Shown: positions 53,402-64,000 of the stretch, piece by piece
Layout: each line of letters begins with the position of its first letter
Numbering within the stretch: the first letter of the stretch is position 1
DNA from: an uncultured Rivularia sp.
GTDB lineage: Bacteria > Cyanobacteriota > Cyanobacteriia > Cyanobacteriales > Nostocaceae
NCBI GenBank assembly: GCA_963665115.1
Contig: OY762007.1
Span: 1,632,001 to 1,696,000 of the forward strand
DNA: 64,000 nucleotides
Reading direction: 5' to 3'
The notes under the pieces: model-generated
What the model saw: the letters and a program-made list of their open reading frames with translations, nothing else
Databases searched by the model: none
Told to the model about the DNA's origin: nothing
Position numbers and translations under genes: made by a program

Positions 53402-54535
53402 TTAAGGATTATTATTAACTTCAGGTTCTAAACCATAACGACGTAATAGTAATTTACCTTGAATAATAGTATTACTAACCCGTATACCTTGAGTTATGCG
53501 AAAATGGTCAATATTTCCTTTATTTGTATATTTATCATACTGTATTCCCCCATGTTGTCTAAGAATCGCAGTATCACCATTTGACTCATTTAATAAACGG
53601 GTAACATTAGCTAAAGTTTCTTGTAATTTAACCCGCTTATGTTTTTCCCTCACTCTGTTGTAATCAGCCCTAAAACTATCTTGATATTCCAATTTAGAAA
53701 AAGAAATTAAATCCCCAGCTAGTAAATCATCTTTACACTGATTCCAAATTAGCTGTCCCCAGGTTGAAAGGGTCATTTTTCCATCAACTTCACCTAACAT
53801 AGTTTCGGGAATTCCGTTAGTTTCCTGGGGAGAAAGTCCCGCACCAGCGTTTAGTAAAGCTAGCTGCATTGTGTAAGGTTTAAATAAGGAAGTATCTACA
53901 GAAATTGGTAAGCGAGGAATAGTAATTAAATCGGATTTTTGACCTTCAAATATGTAAATTATTTCATCTGCGTAAAACATTCCAATGGTGTTGAGATAAC
54001 CTTGCAAACTCTTGAAACTACCCACCAAATTAAAACAAATTTTGTATTTGCTTTCCCTTAAGGGTGGAATAGTTTCTTGCAGCCAAACAATTAAGTCATC
54101 AATTCCCACAGAAAAATCTTCGGTACTCGCAGTAGAAAGTCCGCTGGGAGCATAAATACTAGTATTAGTTAAACCTTGTTTCCTGAGAAATGTTTCGACA
54201 ATTTGAGCGGTATTTTTACCTTGAATTGTATCGGTAGCAATCAGAAAATGGTAATCCTCTTTTCCTTGACTTAAATCTTCTTGGTAGACACCGTAAATAC
54301 CGTTTAATTCCGCACTTGCACGACGAATTTGGGGAATATTAACATTTTCTAACTGTACATTCGCTCTTTGTTCGAGATTATAAATAATCTTTTTGACATT
54401 TTCTGGTGTTTCTTTTTCCTTAAAATTGGCTGCATCGCGCAGTTGTGCATACCAATCTTTTTCTTCGGGGTTAGCGCGATTAATTTGATTTGTTAGTAAG
54501 CTGGTGCCAATGGTAGATAAAATTACGCGACGCAT
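53402..54535 (-). CDS. CARF (APE2256 family)-RelE effector, Cami1-like
   Basis: ILSTIGTSLL, SAELNG, ATDT..G, NLVGSFK and YIFE motifs; C-terminal RelE-like domain DHFRITQGIRV. Confidence 0.85.
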   Translation of the reverse strand: MRRVILSTIGTSLLTNQINRANPEEKDWYAQLRDAANFKEKETPENVKKIIYNLEQRANVQLENVNIPQIRRASAELNGIYGVYQEDLSQGKEDYHFLIATDTIQGKNTAQIVETFLRKQGLTNTSIYAPSGLSTASTEDFSVGIDDLIVWLQETIPPLRESKYKICFNLVGSFKSLQGYLNTIGMFYADEIIYIFEGQKSDLITIPRLPISVDTSLFKPYTMQLALLNAGAGLSPQETNGIPETMLGEVDGKMTLSTWGQLIWNQCKDDLLAGDLISFSKLEYQDSFRADYNRVREKHKRVKLQETLANVTRLLNESNGDTAILRQHGGIQYDKYTNKGNIDHFRITQGIRVSNTIIQGKLLLRRYGLEPEVNNNP

Positions 54536-54614
54536 GATGTTTTTAGTTGATTATCTCTAAAATTATCAATTGTAAATAACTAAAGCTAATTAAGATGCTT
54601 GTTGATATTTAGTC

Positions 54615-56333
54615 TTAATTCGGTTCCCTTCCCCAAGATAGTTTTAATTCTTTTTCTTTCAAGTTTTTAATAAATGTTTGTAGTTGATTACCTTGCGATT
54701 GATGTTTCCAAGGAGTGCGATCGCCATGAAATATGGTTACAATTTCTAAGTATTGATTGTTTGACACGGGCAACATCCGATGCCAAACTGAACTGAAGAA
54801 TTTTGGTCTTGTATCACCTTGATTTTTACCACCGATTGCTGGAGTAGTCTTGAAAGTATCGTCATGAAATAATTTTACAGCTTGAGATGTATTTACAACC
54901 TTACTGTAAACTGTTACTCGGTTAGGATGCCAAGCTTCTCGCCAACTCATTGCTGATGGCGGTTTTGTACCCAGTCGATTCTTGCAAAGTTCGTATAAAT
55001 TATCCAAAAATTTATTTAACTCTTTCGTTGTGTTTATATTTGCCCAACTAGAGTTTAAGCATTCCCAATGACAACCAATATGTAAACCCTGAGCTAACTT
55101 GGGATAATTATGATAAAACTTTTTATGGGACACTCTGCGCCAAGATTTACCAAATCCACCCATAATAAAGCCGAATTTAAGTACCTGTTCGATAAAGCGG
55201 AGGTCTTCTCTAGATGGCACATTTATGTGTAATATTCCCTCGGTATCATAAGTCGGAGTAAGGTCGTTTTGGTTATAATTTTCCTCACATACTTCCCAGA
55301 AAATATTTACAATCCCGGGGTTTTCTGAACTACCAAAAAACTTATTTTCTACTTGTTTAATCACTTTTTCATGATTACAAACTCCACCCAAAAGTCGTTT
55401 GATATGACCTCTTAAAGTTGCTTTAAATACGTTAGGACGAAATTCTGGCTCATCACTACGTAAAAGCGGACTAACACCAAATCCATTAAAACGAATATTT
55501 AAAGGATACTCAGGTATGCTAGGAGGTTGTGAAGGAATATGACCACCCAATCCATAGCCGGTACTGGTTTTACCTCCTAAACCATTTTGTAATGCTTTCA
55601 ATAAAATTTCTTCAATTTCCTTCCAGTTAATATCGGTGTTACTGCAACTTAATTCAAAAGTACAGGTTGGTTGATAAAAACTAATACTTGCAAGGGCTTT
55701 AGGAGAACCTCCTCCTTCCACCTGACGTGTTTGTTGAGGATGAATTACATCAACAATGCGGTAACGAGTTTCAGAAATAACCTGCCTATTTCGACGGATT
55801 GAAACTTGTTTCGTACCAGCCCAATCTCCTATGGGATAAGCACGGTGAAAACGCAAAATTCCCGGAACTAATTCCTTATTGTCTCCACAGTATTTAATAG
55901 CTTGCTGTGGAGTACAAGCACGTCTAAATAATCCTTTAATACTGCTACCTGGAATAAAAGGGATTCCATTCTTTCCTAAAGCTGGACGGAGAATACTATC
56001 TTGACCGCAATTACTAAATAATCTAAACGGAAACTCTATTTTGATACGATAAGTTTTATCAACGATGCCAAGTTTTGGTTCTTTATGTTGATAACGCGGT
56101 TGGTTATTATTGTTGGAATTAGGATATACCCATTCATCACGCCATTGTTCTAAATCTTCGTTATTACCAGCGAATTGTAGACTACAACGTCCCGAAACTT
56201 GAGCGCGATACATCATTGGTATCTGCTCTATATTCATATTTAATTGAGAATTATTTCTCGATTGTTCTTGTTCAGTTGTACTTTCTGTTTCAATACCGAA
56301 TTGTTTCGCTACTTCACTAAGTCCTCGAATCAT
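54615..56333 (-). CDS. cmr6: Cmr6-Cmr1 fusion RAMP (type III-B variant)
   Basis: PFIPGSSIKG and GLGGKTSTGYG (Cmr6); KATLRG, FFGS and MGGFGKSWRR (Cmr1). Confidence 0.85.
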   Translation of the reverse strand: MIRGLSEVAKQFGIETESTTEQEQSRNNSQLNMNIEQIPMMYRAQVSGRCSLQFAGNNEDLEQWRDEWVYPNSNNNNQPRYQHKEPKLGIVDKTYRIKIEFPFRLFSNCGQDSILRPALGKNGIPFIPGSSIKGLFRRACTPQQAIKYCGDNKELVPGILRFHRAYPIGDWAGTKQVSIRRNRQVISETRYRIVDVIHPQQTRQVEGGGSPKALASISFYQPTCTFELSCSNTDINWKEIEEILLKALQNGLGGKTSTGYGLGGHIPSQPPSIPEYPLNIRFNGFGVSPLLRSDEPEFRPNVFKATLRGHIKRLLGGVCNHEKVIKQVENKFFGSSENPGIVNIFWEVCEENYNQNDLTPTYDTEGILHINVPSREDLRFIEQVLKFGFIMGGFGKSWRRVSHKKFYHNYPKLAQGLHIGCHWECLNSSWANINTTKELNKFLDNLYELCKNRLGTKPPSAMSWREAWHPNRVTVYSKVVNTSQAVKLFHDDTFKTTPAIGGKNQGDTRPKFFSSVWHRMLPVSNNQYLEIVTIFHGDRTPWKHQSQGNQLQTFIKNLKEKELKLSWGREPN

Positions 56334-56346
56334 AATATTTTATTTG

Positions 56347-56871
56347 CTAGTAATTGTGATTATCATAATTATCAGAACTCTTAATTTTATAACGTTGAGT
56401 CCACCAAACCAAAGCATCACATAATTGAGTCAATACCATTAAAGCAATGCGTTGTTGTTCGGGTGGCATTGACCAAATTTCTTTCGCCATTGCTTGGATA
56501 TTTCTAGTTTCTTCGCGCTGTTTTTTTTCTTTGATAGCTTTGAGCCTTTTTTTATCATTCTCTTTCTTTTCTGACTCTGTTAAATAATAAGTTACATCAT
56601 CATTTGGTAAAACAACATCAGCATTTTGTAAGATTTCTTCTAGTGTATCCCAGACGGATTTCCAATATTTACCTTTCGCTGGTTTCTCTCTACCAAGTCT
56701 GAGATGTTCTCCCCAAAACCTTTCTAAACCATATGCAACTGACATTCGCATTTTGTGCGATTCATTTAAGATGTCTTTAGCATCTCGATTTTGTAATACT
56801 AAAGTTTGAGCATAATGGTCAAGTTTATAAGGTTGCCAACCTCTTGTTTTGTTTGTTTGTGCTTGTGTCAT
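56347..56871 (-). CDS. cmr5: Cmr5/Cas11 small subunit
   Basis: Helical protein between cmr4 and cmr6; YGLERF and LVWWTQR motifs. Confidence 0.75.
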   Translation of the reverse strand: MTQAQTNKTRGWQPYKLDHYAQTLVLQNRDAKDILNESHKMRMSVAYGLERFWGEHLRLGREKPAKGKYWKSVWDTLEEILQNADVVLPNDDVTYYLTESEKKENDKKRLKAIKEKKQREETRNIQAMAKEIWSMPPEQQRIALMVLTQLCDALVWWTQRYKIKSSDNYDNHNY

Positions 56872-56877
56872 AATTAA

Positions 56878-57729
56878 TTACTGCTGAGTAGATTTTAAAG
56901 TTACTTGAGTACGACCGAATCCGACTGATTCTAAACCGCCAAAATAGAATTCTTGGGTTTCATTCATATTGGAATCATTAATAAATTCTTCCCATTTTAC
57001 TGGCTTCTCATTGAAGGTTTTCCGTAATGCTATAGGAAAAGTCATAATCGTCCCTTCTGGTAAAGCTTCAACATTAAAAAATGCCCCACCTTTAGCTTTT
57101 TTCTGATTGTCTTCAAGCGCAACTCTACTTTGACGATAAAGTGCCATATCGTGAATCATTGAAATCTCTGTATCATCAACTACTAACAGTAAGTAACGTT
57201 CGGCATCACTAATCTCAGAAGGCATATATTCTTTGAGCTTTTCGTCTTTCTTTTCAAGCGGCAAAAATCCCAAATTAAAAAATAAAGTCTTGCTTGAAGT
57301 TTTGCCGTAATAACTATACGGTTCAAAATTATGTGGTGGTTTACCAGTTAATTTTTGATAACGCTTGAGTAAAGTTGGGCAAGAAACTCTTACTACTGGT
57401 TGATTAGGACAATAGACAGGAAGCCACAAAATGGAAGCATACTCAAGCTTGACTATACCTTCAGTAGTGGTATCCTCTTTACCCAGTTTCGCATCTTTTC
57501 CATACCAATATTCAACTGGGCTAAGTCCTTCTCGAACTTGTTCCTCACCCATTGTTTGCAACCGCATATCGCAGCGAAATCTCCCCCGAATCGAACTACC
57601 AGGAATAATCCCTGTTCTAGTAAATTGGTCGCGAAAAATTAAATTAAGATTACCCGTTTCTTCTCCAGCGCTAGCTCCAGTATACAGAGGTGCCAAAGTT
57701 TCAATGATGCCGTAGGCTTTGTGATACAT
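56878..57729 (-). CDS. cmr4: Cmr4/Cas7 RAMP
   Basis: IIPGSSIRG, FFNVEALPEG and FGGLESVGFG motifs. Confidence 0.9.
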   Translation of the reverse strand: MYHKAYGIIETLAPLYTGASAGEETGNLNLIFRDQFTRTGIIPGSSIRGRFRCDMRLQTMGEEQVREGLSPVEYWYGKDAKLGKEDTTTEGIVKLEYASILWLPVYCPNQPVVRVSCPTLLKRYQKLTGKPPHNFEPYSYYGKTSSKTLFFNLGFLPLEKKDEKLKEYMPSEISDAERYLLLVVDDTEISMIHDMALYRQSRVALEDNQKKAKGGAFFNVEALPEGTIMTFPIALRKTFNEKPVKWEEFINDSNMNETQEFYFGGLESVGFGRTQVTLKSTQQ

Positions 57730-57772
57730 TTTAGTTGTTAGTTGTTAGTGGTTAGTTGTTATTTATTACTCA

Positions 57773-60614
<2,842 letters not shown>

Positions 60615-60754
60615 TTATATTTATCAACAAAATATAAGCATTAATCTGTTTTTCTGCTTTAAGGCAAGTCAGCTAAATTTACTAGGCTTAGAAAATATGT
60701 AATTTAATATACATTGATACTTGTTGTTGCACAAGTCATCTAAATCACATTTAC

Positions 60755-61747
60755 TTAACATTTAGTCAAATGAATCAAAACATCAGCTAATGCTTGTACC
60801 ATCGCACGAGTTGATAAATTTTCTCCTCGCTCTAATCGATGCACGCTACCAGTAAGCAGAGATGTGCTTTCTAACAATTCGCTTGTATTCTCTTGCCAAC
60901 CGTTGCTAAACAAAACTTCGTCTTTGACAGCATTTAGCTGACTGTGAATTTTGGCAATGACTTTTAATCCTAATGTTTGACAAAAATCTTCCCACTCTGC
61001 AAATTTACTCGTGTCTCCCGACAAAATAACTGCGTGGGTTGCTGGTTGCATAATTAGCTTGTTTTCGTCGGTAATTTTGCCACCAACGTCAATGATATTT
61101 ATTAATTGGTTCACACTCTTTACCCATTGTGCAGCTTCTATCGCAAATTTTGGGGTCACAGGTGCTTTATTTCTGCGTTTGCAATCCTTTGCTACTTGCT
61201 CGTTATTTTCGTAAGCTTCTTGATGCCAAGACCCTTCTCCATCAGGGCAAGCCGTGATTATATATGGATAAGGTGCCCCAAAATTACTGAAAATAGCTCT
61301 TTTTAAGCCATCCCTTAAGCATGATTTTCCCGATTGTGGAGGACCGCATAAAACGACTCTGATGGGAGAAAAACTTTCTTCTGGAAATTCTTGGGTTTCA
61401 ATCAAATCTCCTACTTGATATTCTGTGGAGCCGTGTACGGAGGTAACAATATAAACTTTGTGCCTGATAGCACCATCTGCTGTACTAATTTTACTACTCA
61501 GTTTGGGGTCGAGTACGGCGACTGCTTCGTATAAATGTACGAGTTTATGGGAAAGAATATAAGCAACGGGAACTGATTGCGGCCCATCAATTAAGATGCG
61601 CTTGCCTCCGGAAATCTCACCAGAATCAATCATTTGGTTGATTCGAGAGAGTGCGTCTTTAGCAATGCGATCGCCTTGTGCGGGAACGTTACGATTAAAA
61701 CCAACGTGCAATACGTCTCCTTCTAATTTAATTTGGTAGCTTTGCAT
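60755..61747 (-). CDS. csx3: Csx3/Crn3-like ring nuclease fused to a P-loop NTPase
   Basis: IDGPQSVPVAY..H..AVLDPKL..IVTSVH; Walker A GPPQSGKS, ACPDGEG and DVGG. Confidence 0.75.
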   Translation of the reverse strand: MQSYQIKLEGDVLHVGFNRNVPAQGDRIAKDALSRINQMIDSGEISGGKRILIDGPQSVPVAYILSHKLVHLYEAVAVLDPKLSSKISTADGAIRHKVYIVTSVHGSTEYQVGDLIETQEFPEESFSPIRVVLCGPPQSGKSCLRDGLKRAIFSNFGAPYPYIITACPDGEGSWHQEAYENNEQVAKDCKRRNKAPVTPKFAIEAAQWVKSVNQLINIIDVGGKITDENKLIMQPATHAVILSGDTSKFAEWEDFCQTLGLKVIAKIHSQLNAVKDEVLFSNGWQENTSELLESTSLLTGSVHRLERGENLSTRAMVQALADVLIHLTKC

Positions 61748-61956
61748 ACTTTGTATTTCTCTGACTACTGGTTTACTATGACATGGAAGTGGAATAGGCG
61801 TATTCCATATTTGTAGAAGGTAGCTTTGCTAAATCACAATGTGAAGTGATGATTTCACATTGCTGGAGACGTAGCAGTGCTACGTCTCTACAAGGGTTTT
61901 GTGTTTCATACAAAATGTAGGTGATTATAATTTATCTTTGATTTAATCTACATTCT

Positions 61957-63403
61957 TTACCAAACAATAAAATCCGAATTATCAAAATCTTGCTCTTCAA
62001 AATCTTGACTTTCAAAATCCGAATTTTGAACGACTTGCTCCGAACTATTCAACCCACAAAAATAACAATCATCCGTCTGTAAATATGTGGTATCAGTTTT
62101 ACGCCATTCGCTATTGGGAAACTCATAAATCCAATCAATACCAGAATCCACATTCATAAAACCGCTTACTATACCGTGAATCACTCCCACAGCGGTACTT
62201 GCACAAATACTATTCAACCAAAATACTGAGGGGGTCATTTACTCCTTCTAAATAACCCGCATTTTCAGCCATATGATTAATTTCTGATGGTGCAGACTCT
62301 AAAGCAGCGCGTTGTAAGTTGATGATGTTACCGCACATTAAACACCAATCACCACCCACAGGAGGAATTGTGATTCTACAGTACATTCGCGGTGTTCCAT
62401 CTGATTTCACGTCGATGTGAGTCCCCAAGCATACCAAAGGACGCATATACTTTAATGCAACTTCTTGAGCAGTTTTGCGAGAAAGATGATTATCAGTAGC
62501 AACTATAATCAAATCGCAATTAGCTATTTCTTGCGTGGCTGTTTCGGCTTCAATAGCAGTCGATATGGTTTTGACATGAGAACCACAAGCGTAAATTTTT
62601 TTAATCAAATGCTTGACATAATGGACTTTGTGCCAATTCTGCTCGACCATTTCTTGAGTTGCACCCGTCATCCGATTTAAGTTGACTTGCTCTAATTTAT
62701 CGGGGTCAACCAGCACCCAATTTTTGACACCCAGACGACCTAATAATTCCGCAAAAATAGAACCAATTCCACCACAACCGATTAATCCTACTTTCAATTG
62801 ATTCAAAGTTTTTTGATTGGTTTCCCCAAATGTTTTTTGACGAGCGAACATTAAATTAGGGTTGTCAAAAATATTTTCAGAATCAGAGATTTCAAATAAT
62901 GAATTACAAAAATCAACCTGCTGAAATTCTCTTCCCTTCCTATCCCATATCCGAAACTTACAATTATCTAAGCCTTCATCAAACACACCCGAAACCAAAC
63001 GGGGTTTTTCAGGGAAATGAGATGCAATAAACTTTGCATATTCTGATTCATAACGGTTATCAACATAAGAAAACTCAGGAATACCCACACCAGCATGAGT
63101 ATGAATATGGACTATATCCAAACCGGGGAATAGATGATTTTCTAACAGATAAGAATGGAAACGTTGAGTTAAAACCAAACCATCGGTAGATTGATGTTCG
63201 TAGCATTCAGAAGTTGGAACAACCCAAGTCTTGGGAATATATCTAACTTTGCGTTTTGAAACCTGATGACGCTGACAAAATAGAAAACCAATTACTTCTT
63301 CGTTGAACATCCGAGAAGAGAGCATCGATTTTTGAAAATCAGACCACATTTTTGGTGGTACATGAAGAGAAAATTTAGTATTCATGGTTAGTTGATGATC
63401 CAC
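61957..63403 (-). CDS. JAB peptidase-ThiF/E1 fusion (single +1 frameshift at about 62232)
   Basis: JAB: EEVIG..HIHTH-x7-FSYVD; E1: GCGGIGS, DPD..NLNR, ATDN, CLMC and CYFC. Confidence 0.88.
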
Positions 63404-63569
63404 ACCCGACCGGTGAAAGTTGTTAGTTGATAGTTGTTAGTTGATAGTTTAGATTTATGGTGCGTGACGGTAATTTCAAATGATTTTGTTACAAGTGATA
63501 AGTTATCGTAACCGTCACACACCCTACAAAAATAAATATCCTACTTCTTACTTATTACTTCTTACTTAA

Positions 63570-64000
63570 TTAATCGTCACTATTAATCGCATGACGTGCT
63601 GTTACAAACAATGTCGTGAGATTGTGACCGTTTTCCGCATTATTACTAGGTCGCCAAGAATTCAACCAAACATCGTGATTAAATCCTCCTCCCAATCCGA
63701 CACAATACCAATACCATCCTTGTTCGCTTAAAAATGGGGCACCGTAATAGCTTTGTCTGGTAAAATGATGGTCGCCTTCTCCTACAGTATTCCAAGGATA
63801 ATTTAGATAGCAGCCAATCGGAGGAAGTCGAGGGTAATCTGACGGTAATAGAAACAAAACATCAGTATTGGAAACCTTAAATTTTTGAGAAGATAAAGGC
63901 ATTCCCTTAATCAAAACAGCAGTATATCTAGTATCACCAACAGTCTTGCTACCAACGATTATATTTTTAGCAACTTTTTCTAATAGCTTAAGTTCTTCTA
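63570..64000 (-). CDS. Prokaryotic E2/UBC-like protein, 5' end outside the window
   Basis: LLPSDYPRLPP, GWYWYC (candidate catalytic Cys), W..GHNL; frame stays open to position 64000. Confidence 0.75.
   Translation of the reverse strand, partial: EELKLLEKVAKNIIVGSKTVGDTRYTAVLIKGMPLSSQKFKVSNTDVLFLLPSDYPRLPPIGCYLNYPWNTVGEGDHHFTRQSYYGAPFLSEQGWYWYCVGLGGGFNHDVWLNSWRPSNNAENGHNLTTLFVTARHAINSDD

Overview
AT-rich accessory region from a filamentous, probably heterocystous, cyanobacterium (HIP1 GCGATCGC octamers, STRR-type heptamer repeats, four Uma2 genes). It looks like a decaying plasmid or integrative element. The backbone has a parA remnant, an HTH replication initiator plus DnaB helicase, an integrase remnant next to a tRNA-Cys att core, and an FtsK/M23-lysozyme/membrane-protein cluster. 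It is littered with IS1634, IS200/IS605 (TnpB) remnants, a MITE and very small palindromic inserts. Defence cargo: (1) an intact, tightly coupled four-gene operon of Cas4-like PD-(D/E)XK nuclease, catalytic long Argonaute, a 145-aa unknown protein and an HExxH (Lit/M48-like) metallopeptidase, which is the most novel-looking system here; (2) a XamI-type R-M pair; (3) a degraded DUF499/DUF3780-like/DUF1156/PLD-SNF2 restriction-like system; (4) a type III-B variant CRISPR-Cas locus with HD-less Cas10, Cmr6-Cmr1 fusion, CARF-RelE, TM-CARF, Csx3-ATPase and a 2-spacer mini-array, directly preceded by a co-oriented E2 plus JAB-E1 ubiquitin-like conjugation module. All calls come from motif recognition by eye; no database searches were run.
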